Source: Psammoneis japonica
Taxonomy: Eukaryota
Direction of reading: 5' to 3'
Assembly (NCBI GenBank): GCA_008632985.1
Contig: QPGO01000017.1
Coordinates: forward strand, 620,001 to 684,000
Length of the DNA stretch: 64,000 nucleotides
Part shown: in pieces, positions 25,761 to 39,396 of the stretch
Layout: each line of letters starts with the position of its first letter
How positions within the stretch are numbered: the first letter of the stretch is position 1
Notes under the pieces: generated by a model
What the model was told of the DNA's origin: nothing
What the model saw: the letters and a program-made list of their open reading frames with translations, nothing else
Database searches by the model: none
Position numbers and translations under genes: made by a program

Positions 25761-28639
25761 CCAAGGCTGGCCCTGTCTACCCCCCCAGTCAATTGTTTTG
25801 GACTGTGCCCACCCTTCTTGTCCAGTGGAGTCTGTGACAGAGCTGCAAAGCAAGCACTCTTGCACACTCACAATCAATCGCAGCAACTCTGAGCTCCCCT
25901 CTGCAGCCCACAAGGACACCACACACAAAGCAAAACAAGAAGTGGCCAAACGGAAAGCAAGGACACATGAGGCAACACTCAGATTGATTTTCAGCTCTTT
26001 GCCCAAGAACAACAAGGCCAGAGCTGTCAAGAATGACACAAAAGCAGGAGCATGGCTGTCACACACAACCCTTTGATGCTGAGCTGCACAGAGCTCTTGT
26101 GCAAACAGCTCTGCAATGTTTTTGTTTGTGGTGCAGCAAGGCCTTGCCTGATCTCCTTGAGCACTGCAGTGGATGTGGGCACAAGCTCTTTGCAAACCAT
26201 GCCTTTCAATGTGGGGAGGGCATGGCTGGGTTGTTGGGTGGCATTGCAAAGTGAGCGGCAACCCAAGTGGCCCAGTTGGAGAGGCTTGCAGGCTGTCCTG
26301 TGCGAATGACAAACCTGCCATTGAGAACCCTGCTGTTGGTCATGTCATCTTGGCAAGCCCAAGCAACTTGAGCAATCCATCAAGTGACAAAAATTCCAAA
26401 GTGCCCAAGGATGGCAACTGTGGAGATGTTCCAGCATGCAGACTCTGGGGCAGAAGAGCAGACATGGTCATGGTTGTGGATGTCTGAGCTCCAGGCATGG
26501 GTGCAGGCAAGATTGTGCCCACCCAAGGCACTGGGGCAAGCTCCAGCAGACCATGAACAAGATGAAAAGCACAAGCAATGAGAGAAAAAGTGCAAGCACC
26601 TCAATGAGAGAAAAAGTGCAAGCACCAAGCACCTTGCACCCCGCCTTGAGCAATGTTGCCACTTTTCTCCTGCCCTTTGCAGCACCAGGATGCCTGGCAG
26701 AGAGAAGCCAGAGCAGCGCTCTGAACAATTGCTTCAAGGATGCTTGACAAGCAACAAAAGCTGTGCTTGGAGGTGTGTGGCCACGCTGATGCAAGAATGA
26801 GCACCGCACAATGGCAAGGGCAGCCCTGCAGCATTGCCGCTGCCCAGTGGGATTGTGCACTCCCTCATCTCAGAGCTGATGCTGGTTTGTTCCTTTGGAG
26901 CCACCAAAGGACCTTGCTTGTGCTGAGCTCCACCTGCAAAAAAATGATGCTGACCCGCTGTCCTCAGACACCATTGACAACAAGCTGCTGCAATGGCCAA
27001 AACTTCTGTGCGCCAGCATGGCGGCTGCTGCGGTGTGCCAAAGTCATCCTTTCTTGAGTGCCGCATGAACAGATGACAAAAAATGCACACAGAACCACCC
27101 CTCGCTTGTGTGTCTGAATTTTTGCCCATTTTGAGAAGCACTTTGCAACAACTTTGTTTGAAGCATGAAATGGAAATGGTTTTTGCTCAGAGCCACTTGT
27201 GTTTCCCAGGGGGTTTCAAATTGAGTGTTTGCACCAGACATCTGATGCATGAGAAATTTTCAATGTTTGCTGGCACAGACCATGCAGATTGCATGCCAGA
27301 GATGGTCCAATGCCCACGCTGTCATGCTGAACGCCATTTTTGCAATCTGTCCAACAAGCTTGCTCACATTTTGTGTCAGCAAGATTGTGGATTTGTGGTT
27401 GTCCAAAGTGTGCCAAAAAATTGATTGTGCAATGATTCGAGGCAGGTTGGTGCTGTTTCAATTGTCACAGGTGCTTTCACCATTTTTCCTGCTTCTTTTT
27501 TGTTTTCACAAATCTTTGTCCATTTCAGAAAAGTCAAGGGCATGGAGCATTTTTGTGGTGATCTAAGTGCAATCACATTGCTGTGGGCAGGAGCTGCAAT
27601 CCATGCCAGCGTGCACTGGGAATGAGTGCATGCAACCATGTCAGCTTGCACAAGAGACAGGTCAGCAGGTCAGCACTGTCTCTTGTGGGCTTCTGCTGAA
27701 CAATGGGGAAAAGGGGCCAAGACAGGAGATGACAGAAAAGGTCAACCCGCTTGACCAACACTTCAACATGTTTGTGCTGCACAGCTTGCATTGGCTGCTC
27801 ATCTCATTTTGTTCCCAGTTCTTGAGCTGGCCAACATCAGAGTCAGCATTTTGACTTCATTGTCATGCGTCACCCACTGTGTGTGCTCAACGATGCAGCT
27901 GGAGAGTCTTCTCCTTTCTGCCATTGGATGCAGCTGCTGCTGAGCAAGAAACATCTCCTCCTCAACTGTGCAAAGAAATGCTTCAGCTTTGTGAACTGGC
28001 TGCAATTGTGGGTGCAGCAGCAGAGGAAAGAAACTTGGATTCAGCCAACTTGCACCTCATCACGTTTTGCATTTTTCAGTGCACTTGACCATGCAGACAC
28101 TGGCGCGCACTTGTTGAAGACCCAAGCATGAGTGCAAATGAACTGTGCAATGCCAGGCTTTGAGCTGTTGTTGATGGGGGACACTCTCCTGCTTTTGAAG
28201 GGCAGGGAAACAGGGAAAAGATTGTGGAAGCTCATCTCACGTGCAATGACAGCCAAGTCACATCAAACTTTTGCAACAAAACAACAAAATTGTCTCTTGT
28301 TGGATTCATTTGAAATGAGCAAAAGTTTCCATCCTTTTCTGAAATGCAAAGGCTTTTTGACAAGCCCAGTCTGGGCTAACCCAGCTTGGGAGTGCACAGA
28401 TGTTCCTTCATCAGAGACCCACAGAAAAGGCCTTGAGTCACAGGTCATCGAGCCCCACCATCTCATGGCGTGCACACATGCACAAACATTGGTTGACCCC
28501 CCTCCAGATTGAAGTCAACATTCACTTGTTGGGAGTGCAACATTTTTGTTTGTTTTCACCATCCTGATTGGCACATTTTGCACTCATTGCTCTCAGACGC
28601 ATTTTGTTCCATGTGCACTTGTTGACTTGCATGCCAAGG

Positions 28640-28960
28640 TGCCAAGCAACATGGCTGCATTGCTCCTTTGTCTCTGAACAGTTGTGTTTTGTTCTAACTG
28701 AAACATGTTCACTCTCACATTGGATGTGGCACTCTGCCAAAAGCACTGCATTTCCATCTTCATGATGATTGTCAACCATTTGGCAAAATTTTCACCTTTT
28801 TGACTTGAGCCCCAATGTGCAAAGCAACATGGCTGCATTGCTCCTTTGTCTCTGAACAGCTGCATTTTGTTCCAACTGAAACATGTTTGTTTCCACATTG
28901 GACATGGCATTCCACCAAAAGCACTGCATTTCCATCTTCATGACAAGCGCCAATCATTCA
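28640..28960. repeat. Diverged direct repeat (~140-bp units, period ~180 bp) in a degraded minus-strand ORF
   Basis: HEDGNAVLL-x-ECH...CSETKEQCSHVA is encoded twice. Confidence 0.75.
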
Positions 28961-29721
28961 GCAAAACTTTCATCTTTTTCTGTTTCTCCCTCAAAACCCA
29001 TCCTCGCCATCAACTCATGATGCTCCGTTTGCAGCATTTGTCTGCCCAATTGTGTGCAAGGCATTTGTCCCCTCCACTTGTGATCTGCGCATCCAATCCC
29101 CTGTGTTTTTTGTGAATCAGTGCAGAACTGCAAAAGTGGCATGACAAGGAGTCCGCAGGATTCCACACAAGACTGTGCTGCGTGCATCATCAAGAGCTGC
29201 CAAACAACTCTGCCCCACCATGACAATGAAGTGCAATGGCGTTGATGCTTGTTCCACCTTTTGTGAGGCACACATGGTTGCCGCAACATGACAGCCAACA
29301 ACAAAACAAAGAACGCGCTCCTTCCTTTTAACACAAGTGGCTGGTTTGTGGTTGATTGTTGAGGTGGCTCACCATCAAATTGTCGGCAAAGCACGCCTTC
29401 AGCATGGGACACACTGCATGATCTGATGGCATGTGTTCATTGTCGTGGCCATCTCATGTGACTTGTTGGTGATTTGCACTCTGCAAGAGTTGGGTGTGGA
29501 CCCAAATGTGCCGCATCATGGTCATCATGGTTGGTGACTCAAGAGGTCAGTAAAATCACATTTTCCTTGCTCATGAGCCATGCAGAAATCACTGGAAAAA
29601 CTGTTGTCATTGTGTGGCATTTGGGTTGGATGGAGGATCTGCTCAAATTCAAAAGCAGATGCACAGCCAAATGAAAAAACGTTGTTGAGAGAAACTGCAA
29701 GTTTCTGTGCATTGGTCATTT

Positions 29722-30108
29722 GACGCGTTCCAGCCCTGGGTGGGAGCTCGCAGTGCTGACGTGTGACACAAATAATTTTTGTCATCCGTTGTGCGTTTTG
29801 CACGTGCATTTCTACATGTGACATTCCAACAAAATTGTCCAGACTCGCTGTTTTGCGAAGCCCCAGACGTTTTACACAACAAATTTATAGAAACAACAAT
29901 GCACCAGTTACATTCCTCAATGTCTGAAGAATGTAAGTGACTGAGTAAAAAATGATGCACCAGTTTGTGCGTTTGCAAAATTGCCTCATTTTCTGTTGGC
30001 GTTCATTGACATTTTCATTGCCTGACAATTTTACTATGGAGCTCGCACGCAGAATTCTACGGGCCCAATGTCACACGGATTCCCACCTGCGTCTGGCTGG
30101 AACGCGTC
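29722..30108 (-). mobile_element. MITE, GAC...GTC family, 387 bp, TSD ATTT
   Basis: attt[gacgcgttccag...ctggaacgcgtc]attt; close to the 10365 copy. Confidence 0.9.
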
Positions 30109-30389
30109 ATTTCCTGCAGCTCCACAAAACTTGAACGTTGCAATTTTGGTGCCTTTCTGACCAGATTGGCTGCACATCTCCAAAAACCAGTGGAAACTTG
30201 CAGTTTCTCTCAACAAACAAGTTGAGGAGAGTGCAACCAGGTGGTCTGGACACTTTGTCATGTGAAATGTTCAAGTTTCCATCATCTGGGAGAGGGTTCA
30301 AGTTGGCCAGGTGACTTTGGCGATTTGTGCAGAAAACATGCCAAGTCCCACATGCATGGAATCTGGCCCACTTTTGCACCCATGCCACC

Positions 30390-31137
30390 TTGATTTTTGT
30401 CATCTGTTGCGTGTTTCACACTGGTCTGCATTTCCATGTGTGACATTCCAAAAATGTTGTCCAGACTCGCTGTTTTGCAAAGCCCCAGATGTTTCACACA
30501 ACAAATTTTTAAGAGGAGTCACCCCCTCGTTTATCCTGGAATTACCGTGCAATTTTAATGAGGCCATTTGCAAGTGTTCATTTTTGAATGCAAAAATTGT
30601 CCACATTCCCACCCGATCACACCCAAAACCGAGAAGCATCGGCACTGCAATCGAAGCACGACGATGATGCAATCATCAACATTTCTCAAAAACACAGAGT
30701 TCCACCTCTGCACTGTCATCTGATGCTGATCATGCAATGCATGGCAAGCGCAATGCCAATGAGAGTGCAGAGCTGGCACACTTCCGTCGCATGCTTGTGG
30801 CTTGCGGCTTTCACCATGGTGTGGCATGGTGAAATTCAGAAAAAATCACACAAATCACAAGCCATTTGGTGGAATTTGAGCTAAAAAAAGCAGCGACTGA
30901 CCACTCTTAAGAACAAAAATGCAACAGGTGCATCCTTCAATGTCTGAAGAATGCACCCAGCCAAGTGAAAAATGATGTGCTTCAACCATGGATGATTTTG
31001 TGCGTTCGCAAAATTGCCTCATTTTCTGTTGTTGATCATTGACATTTTCATTGCCCAACAATTTTGCTGCAGAGCTTGCACATGGAATTCTGTGGGCCCA
31101 ATGTCACACGGATTCCCACCTGCATCTGGAACACATC
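30390..31137 (-). mobile_element. Truncated older MITE (GAC family) with a nested insertion
   Basis: Matches 29775-30108 on both sides of 30513-30906; one TIR is missing. Confidence 0.75.
30513..30906. mobile_element. 394-bp TTAA-specific non-autonomous element with GAG...CTC ends (Sola3- or Kolobok-like)
   Basis: ttaa[gaggagtca...tgaccactc]ttaa inserted into MITE sequence. Confidence 0.7.
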
Positions 31138-32391
31138 ACATCACTTCAGCACACTTCAGCACACACCAGAAAAAAAACTGAGGCAGCAGCGGAGGATGAT
31201 GGTCATTGTGGAGCAGGACACAAGCTCAACTGATTGGATGGCGGATCATGCCAAGGTGATTCAGGACATTGCGAAGGTGAGAGAGCATGTCAAGGAAACA
31301 TTGCTCCTCAGTGTCATGCTCACATTCAATGACAAGAGGAAATGGAAGAAACAGGCATGCTCTGCAGGGATCACAAACAGAGTTGCGGCCCAAAGATGAT
31401 GGACAGGATGCTGCAGGATTCACCTGAGCCAGAGCAAAAAACATGCCTGCACCACCTGTGGCTTGTGATGAAACAAAAAAAGATGTGTCAGGAGTGGCTG
31501 GCAATTGAGAGGTTGAGTGTGCACCAGGCACAGCAGGGCAAGTTCCACAGCAAGTGCAAATGGAGGGTGCAACAAGAACAGCCATTGCAGCTGCTGACAG
31601 TGTCGTCACTTGCTTTCCCTGCCCCGAATGAAGCTCTTTGTGCACACTGCAATGACAACAATTGCACCTTGCTGTCCGTGGAAAGATTCCAAGATTGCTT
31701 GGGAAACCCAGCTTTGCAGACAGTGTTCTGTGACTGCATGCTGCATCCAATTGTTAGAGACATGCGCTGGAACAAGTGAGTTGCCAAGAACAAGAGAATG
31801 GGCACAGTGTGCACCAAGGCATTTGCCCACATGCTCCTCAAGAACAACTGCAATTCATGGTGTTCCAACCACAAGAGCCAAGACAAGGATGGGACTTTGA
31901 TGTCAATTGTGGCATGGAGTTGGTTGATGATGGAGGTGCGGCGGACCAAGAGGGAAGCAAGGACTTGAGCGAGACCATCATGCCAGACCTCGCAATGGCC
32001 AAGGAGAAGGGCAACCAGGACAAGAGCGTGCTTGTGCTGCTGCAGAAAGATCCACAAGAGACATTGGAGGAGGAAGGTTTGTTGGCAGAAGAGCCAAAAC
32101 AGAATTTTGAAGAAATGAGAGAAGAATCCATCACAAGATGGGATGCAATGGTCAAGAAGAACAGAGATGAGCCAAAGACTGCAGTCACAGCTCTGACCAA
32201 GGCTGCAAAAGCACTCGCTGACATCCAAAAAGATGCAGATGCATCCAGCAAGAAGAGAAAGGTTGTCTGGACACTCAAGAATTTCATGGTGGCAAGGCCA
32301 AAGAACACAGACAGAAATGTGGGACCGAGCAAGTGCAAGACACCAAGGAAGAGCAAAGGGTGGTTGCCAAAGGCCAACAAGTTTTTTGTTG

Positions 32392-32583
32392 TGTCAGCCT
32401 GTCTGCACCTGTCGTGTGATGGACAGACTGGACACGGATGATGGCCAGACCATTTAGATGGACGAGCAGATCTCTCTGAGATCTGCTTCTCACTCTTTTC
32501 TCACCAGTGCTCGTGTCATCACAGTCCTGGCACTTTGGGGAGTCTTTAGACCATCGTCACCTCATGCCTTCGGCACTCTGTCA
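32392..32583 (+). repeat. 5' LTR, family 1
   Basis: Direct repeat with 39397-39588. Confidence 0.95.
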
Positions 32584-32782
32584 GGTTGTGGCCTTGTGCT
32601 GTGCCACAGACCTCTGCGCCAAGCTTTCCACTTCGACCCACTTGTTTTGTGAGCCGATCGAGCAAGCCTCATCATCTGATCCGACAACTTTTTGTCTTGC
32701 TTTCCCGGCATTTTTCACGACCATAGAAACATGCCAGATTTCTGCGCGCGCATGACCAAAAATGGATCAACCAACTAAAACC

Positions 32783-34813
32783 ATGGTGTCTTCCGACCCC
32801 ACTGAACCCGCTCTTCCGTCAATTGCAGAGATCTGCTGCGAATTTGAGGCACACACAATGACACTGCATCTACACAACTGCCTGAGTGCAGTTTGTGCGG
32901 ACTCCACAACTGATCTTGATTGCTTTTTTGACGCTCCAGAGCATGCGCAACCCAAGAAAGATTTTGCGGACACACTCCGTGATTGTTTCATCTACGAAGC
33001 GTTCCCACCTTGTGCAGCAGATCCCACAGATACAGAATCAATCAAGACGATCATGGATCAAGCCCCGTTTCAACTTGTTGACCCTCAAAGGCCTCGTCCA
33101 GTCCGCTTGATGACTCCGATCTCATCAAAGACGATCAAGACGAACCTTCAGAACGGTGAACAATGCTTGTTCATTGCCACATCTACCCAACACATGCATG
33201 TTGACCCGGATGTGGTGTGGAACTGTCGCAACTGGAACAAGTTCTCTCTTGCACCCTGTCAGCAGAAACAGCAGCCTCCGTGTCCTCCTCAGAAAACTGC
33301 AGGATCTGGCACGGTGAGTGTGGATGACTTGGTCAACGCACTCAACACACATGCATCGAGCCACGCTCCGCCTTCTACAGTTTCTGCCAAGTCTCCTGGA
33401 AGCAATGCATCCTCCGTTACATCCAAATACCTCTTCAATCCAAACACACTGCCAACAGATGTTCGTGAATGCTATGACCGCAAAGAAGAAGGCAAAGTTG
33501 CCCTCAAGAGCTCCCTCGTCCCCTGTGATCATGGATTCCGTCACTGCATTGATGCATCCGATCACATCATCCTCAACGATGGTGCCCTTTTCATCATGAG
33601 CTCGACCCCCGACCAGAAAATGTTGTTCAGGGAACCTCCTGTGTGCCATGATGACTCTCCTCCTGGGATGCGCGCCTGGCACCAAAATTTCCAACGTCAT
33701 GCCTTTGACTTGGGACACCACATGCATCCATTGTGGTGTTTTGCCAAGGATCACGGTGGTGAGAAAGGTTTCGAGATCGGCAATGGCAAGGATGACGACT
33801 TACCTCAACGTGTGTACATCCACTGCAAGGAAGCACAGAGCTCTCTCCACAAGATTCCATCCAAGCCAGACATGTTCCCCAAGAACAGCAAGTGTCATCG
33901 GATTGTTGCATCATGCTGCGGCAATGGATGCAAGGCTCTCAAGCAGACCATCTACGAGAACCACCCTGCTTTCGACCACGATGCTCCAGGACCAGTTGAT
34001 TCCTGTCCTGTCCAAGGCAATCAATCATTGACGGACCACCACATGATCTTCAATGATTTCCTACAGCTGCGTGCCTGCACATTCGATGCAGACTCTACGT
34101 TGAGTGACCCACGAGAGATGACTGTCTTTGTCAAGAACACTGAGTGTTCCAAGTTCTTATCTCGTGCTGCCAGAGATGAATGGAAGTCTCCAACTGTGCA
34201 GAAGAAGCACACTGATGCACAGATTGTCAAGACTCTCTCTGATTTCCTCCGCCAACCGGATGGCCCATCCCTTGCCACCCGCACAACGCCATCCATTTCC
34301 CACTGTAAATGGAATCAAGCAAATGAGGACACGCGACGCACGACCATTGATGTCAATGCTCTCCAGATCCCTGAGATCCCATCCCTTGAACCGGTTGATG
34401 ACTCCACTGCTGAAGACACTGGCATGGAATCCACACCTTCGGATGCCTTTGACACTCTTTGCGACGAGTTACATGAACTTGAGTTCCCTTCCACGGACGA
34501 AGACCGCCTCCTCCATCATGTCTGCTCGGCTTCAGTCTACAAACTCAAGGTCACTCCGAACGAGGCCTCCAAGAAACCATGTCTCGTTTGCTCCGGTGAA
34601 CACTTGTTTGACGACTGTCCAGTCTTGAAGAACAACCCATGTGTCAAAGGATTCCATGTCCGCTTTTGTCAATTCTTGAAGAGGGAAGCGGCCATGTGTG
34701 CTTCTGAGTTCCAAGGACCCCAAGGACTGCTCCCTCCTCATCATGAAAACCCTGAAAATTTGACTGCATCTGGTGCCCCACCCTCTGATTTTCAATTGGG
34801 CCATCGCAGCCAG
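32783..34813 (+). pseudogene. gag: Copia gag (ancestral TAG now CAG; ORF runs on to 34876)
   Basis: Uninterrupted ORF 32762-34876; CLVCSGEHLFDDC knuckle; many Tyr>Cys/His changes. Confidence 0.85.
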
Positions 34814-37800
34814 TTTCGGATCTCCGACGCTGCCCATTTTCTCCTCACCAAGACACCACCAATGTCAGCAGGATGACCATGAAAGAGGGGCTAACCGTCT
34901 CGTCATCTGCCACTGAAATGCCTCTTTCTTTGCAGATTGACATGGATGCCACCCCTGCCACTGCCACGAGGGTGTCATTTGACACTGGCAAATTGCCAGA
35001 CGATGACCCTGCTCCTCAAGAAGACATTGTTGATGCTGCTCCTGCTCCGGATCCTTTGGAACAGGGGAGGGAAGACTCAGAAACACCGGAATTTGAGGAA
35101 CACATTGACCTCACCTGCAATGACATGGCTGTCGAGGATGGCTTTGCTGCCATCAACTCTGTTCGTGTTGCTCCGATCGACCCCTGCCAAGTCACCCAAT
35201 CTCCTGAGCCGGAACTGCCACGCTCCACTTGCTCTGTCAATGGAGTTAATTTTGCTCCAATTGAGCATTGTGCTCAGTTGGACACTGGTGCCGACATTGC
35301 GTGTACAGGCAACCGTGACCTTCTTCATCGACACCAAGAATTCACCCCGTCCAATCCCTGTCCCCTTGCTGTCAATCCCGCCCTTGGCCATCAAGCTGTC
35401 CCAGTTGGATTCGGATACCTGCGGATTCCTGCGGAGAACTCTGCCGGATGTGTTGACGTTCGTGCATGCTGCCACCCACAGATTCAATCTACCTTGGTCG
35501 ATGAACGACTTCTCCTTCGTCAAAATGGCACTCGTCATGCAGATTACAACGTTGATTGTATCCTCAAGTTTCATGATCTTGGCACCTGCAAGTTTGTTGC
35601 ATGACACCGACTGCGCAAGAGTCAGGACATCATTGTTCATGAGAAGTTGATCAAAGGCAAATGTTTTACTCACCCTCTCATCCTCCCGGAATCTAACGAT
35701 GCACTGGATGCATCTGTCGAGCGCCTCAAGACCAGTGACCCTTCTTTTGCCGATGAGTGTGAAGCGGTCTCCACGCATGTGATTGAGACTTGTCGCACCC
35801 ACCAACATGAAGCTCTTCGTGATGAACGCAAGTTGATCCCCCGAGTGTGTCAAGACATCCCTTTCAAGAAGTGCGCTGAGAAGAATGTTCCAGTCCAGTC
35901 TCTCAAGGCTGACACGGAACGTCTTTTATGGCATCAGCGGCTTGGTCACCCGAGTGATCAATGCCTTTACAATGCCCACAAATGCGTGGACGGTGTCCCC
36001 AAGTTTGCTCACGGAACTTCTCCCCTCGAAACTTGTCCCACCTGTGTACGAGCAAAGCAGACGAAGGAACCTGCCGGTCCAAACACCACTCTTACTGCCA
36101 CTCAACCCCATCAAGGTCTTACGGTTGATTTTTCTTTCTCTGGCCTGCACTCCAAGAACTCGGAGCGCACCAAAGACCATGTTGGATTGAATGGCAAGAC
36201 TTGTTGGATCACCATCTACGATCATAAAACGAAGCGTCTCCATGGTGCGACTCGTGTCTCCAAGGCAACCCCTTTGAATTGGCTTTGCCACTTTCTGGAA
36301 GAGCACTCGCCAAAATGTCCCAATGAGTGTGTCTTTGTGGATCAAGGAGGTGAATTGCATCAAAATCTGGAGGTTCGGCGACTTTTCGAGGATGACTTTC
36401 ACTGTGCAATTCGTCCTGCGGGAAAAGATGCTTCAAATCAGAGTGGCCCAGTGGAACGCAGTCACTTGACTGTTGCTGATGCCATTCGGGCGATGCTCAT
36501 TGGTGCCAATTTACCCACAAAATTCTGGCCACATGCTTTTCATCATTTCACTCGGATCAACAACGCCATGCCATCCCGTGGACAAACTGCTGCTCAGATT
36601 GCTCTTGCCACTGGTCGGAAGTTTGACTTCAAGAACTTCCGCACATTTGGTTGTCGAGTTTGGGCACGTGCATCGAACCATCGTCCTGCCAAATTTTGCT
36701 CGGTCTCTCGCAAAGGCATTTTCTTGGGCTGTCTTCCGGACACTGCCAAGAACATGCTCTGGTGTGACACTGAGACTTCCCGTGTCAAGCTTGCCAAGCA
36801 CATTTGCTTCGATGAGGGCATGAATGACCTGCCTCGTGATTCCATTCCTCCGAATGTGGTTCACTTGGAGCGCACTCAAGATGGCAAAACTCCACCTGCC
36901 AAGAATGAAGAATCTACCATTGACGAGTTCCACTTTCATGGGAATCCTTTCGCCAAGACCATTGCGCGTACGATGAAGGGCCCGTTTCCTGACCCGACAT
37001 TTGGAATTTCTTTGGCTGCGGATGAACTCTATCAACAAGTTTTTGCATCTGATGTCAAACGTGGTTCTCCTGCTGCGCGTCTTTTCTCTTCTTTGAAGGC
37101 AACTTGCAACAAGATCAAGGGTGCGTACATTGTGTCGATCGATCATCACCCTGTCTTCACGGCAGAGGAGGCTGTCAAATGGTTTCAGCAGGTCCATGAT
37201 TCTGGCAAGATCGAATTTGTGCCCGAACATCGACTGGACTCTCAAGCTCTGCAACGTGCTCTGATGGAACACAACGTGTGTGCTCCGACTCCTGATCCTG
37301 ATGATGAACACGTCCCGGAAATCACCAACGCTGACGTGCGTGCTGTTGCAGCCATCCGTCACCCTGACATTGATTTCTCCGATGCGGTCGATGATGATGT
37401 CCCTCCGCTGTTCTGTGTTGATTGTGACAATGGTGCAGCAAATGTCTGTGCCATCTCATCTCATGCAGTTGCTCCGGAGGAACAAGCCTTGGGCACTTTC
37501 ACTCGCCATTGTCTCAAGAAGTTGGACACGTGGCCCGAATGGCATGCAGGTGAATTCAAGCAACTTGACCAGTTTCATGAGTTGGGGATGTTTGGTGCAC
37601 CAATTAAACGACCCAAGGATGCTGTCGTGCTTCGTCCGCATTGGCAATGTGACCTCAAGCATGATGGTGCACGGCGCTCCCAACAATGTTGTGATGGATC
37701 ACCCCGTGCTGCGTCGATTCTACATTGCCTGTGCTCGACATGCTCCTCCTGTGTCAAACAACCTGTCCAACAGATGTTTTTTGCTCTTGCTGCGACTGTG

Positions 37801-39218
37801 AGCTACCCTGCATTTGGTGGTGATGCTCGTGACGCCTGTGCACATTCTCCACGGCCGTCACACCCTGTCTACGTTGCCACAGACAAAGCGCATGCCACGT
37901 GGCACAAGGCTGTTTTGGCATTGATTTGGACAGGAGCATGGTCCTTCCAATGCAACATGCACTTCAAGGACACCCAGAAGCCGGCGTGCTCTGGGAGATG
38001 CACATCAATGGCATTTTGTCCGATGTGAACTTGCTCTTTCGCAACACCACTCATGACAAATGCATCCATTTTGCCACTTTTGAAGGACACAAGGTGTTGC
38101 TTCTCCATCAGGTTGATGATTTCTCCCTTGCTTGTCCTGAAGAATCTATTGTGATCAAGATCTACGACAAGATTGGCAAGGCCCTCCAATTGGAATTGGA
38201 AACTTCTCCGCCCTTCAAGCATTTTGACATGATTGAAGAATTCAATGGTGCGGACATTCATCAATGCGATGATTCCATTGGTGCAGCTGTTCACAGCCAC
38301 ATGGATCGGGTTTGTGCCTTGCATGGTTGGTCGACACCGACAGATGAGGAACTCGATGATGACTGCAAGGCTGCACCTCTCCCGGTCAACTCTGTTCGTG
38401 AACTGCACACTGCCATTGGTCCAGCTGAAGGAACCCCAGAGCATGCAGAGTTACAACAAGCTGCTGGATTTGGGTGCCGCACCCCACTTGGTGAATTGTT
38501 GCATGCACATGTTGTCTGTCGATTGGACATTGGGTGTGGTGTCATGACTCTGTCCAAGTTCTCTACTTGTCCTGCTGTGGTTAACTACGATGCGCTCAAG
38601 GGCATGTGCAAGTGCCTTTGCTGTGCCAAACATTGGGAATTGAACTGCAAGAAGCCTGTCCGCGACTCAAAACCACCCGCCTGCCCCTTCGAACGTCTCA
38701 CTCCGGACCCAACCTTACCATCATTCCCTTGTCCCGAGTGTGATCATCAACTCATTGCTTTCTTGGATGCTGCACATGGTGATGACCTCCGCAACCGTTG
38801 CTCTGCGACTGGCCATGCTTGCATGTTGGCTGGTGCTGCTGTGTCTTTTCAATGTAAGACTCAATCGGTGACAGCTGCGAGTTCCACGGAAGCTGAATTC
38901 CATGCGGCTGGCACCACTGCCAAGCATGTCCTTTACCTTTGTCACATCCTACAAGACCCAGGCTTCCCTCAGATGGAGCCAACCCCGCTGCACATTGACA
39001 ACAAATCGGCAATCAAGATCATCAACCATTCGATCCCAACCGAGTGCTCCCGTCACATTGAGGTCCAGTTTTTTGCGATCCAAGAATGGAAGGACGCGGG
39101 CAAGATTGTCACAAGACATGTCCTTGGCATTGTCAACCCTGGCAATGACCTTGTCAAGGCTCTTGGCTGGGCACTGCATGCTTGCCACGCTCGACGCATG
39201 ATGGGACACTGCTGTTGA
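34789..39218 (+). pseudogene. pol: Copia pol in the -1 frame relative to gag; premature TGA at 35602, frameshift near 37905
   Basis: LDTGAD (PR); HQRLGH/CPTC; VDF..VDQGGE..VER (IN); QVDDF (RT); LDAAHG..STEAEF..IDNKSA (RNase H). Confidence 0.92.
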
Positions 39219-39396
39219 TGCTTTTTTTTCGCGGTGGCCTCCCTGCTGCACATTGCCCCTTTTGTTTGATTGCGTGTTGGGCATGGACACTTGTCGTGTC
39301 CCATGTCTAGTCTCTCTGTTTTTCCTCACATCATCCCCATTCTTTGGTTTGATCTGCACTCATCTGTGTGTTGAGACATTGCAGATCACGGGAGGG

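Noticed and set aside
32584..32601. Specific tRNA assignment for the family-1 PBS
   Set aside because: GGTTGTGGCC only approximates the half-tRNAiMet PBS GGTTATGGGCC; it cannot be assigned without the host tRNA set.
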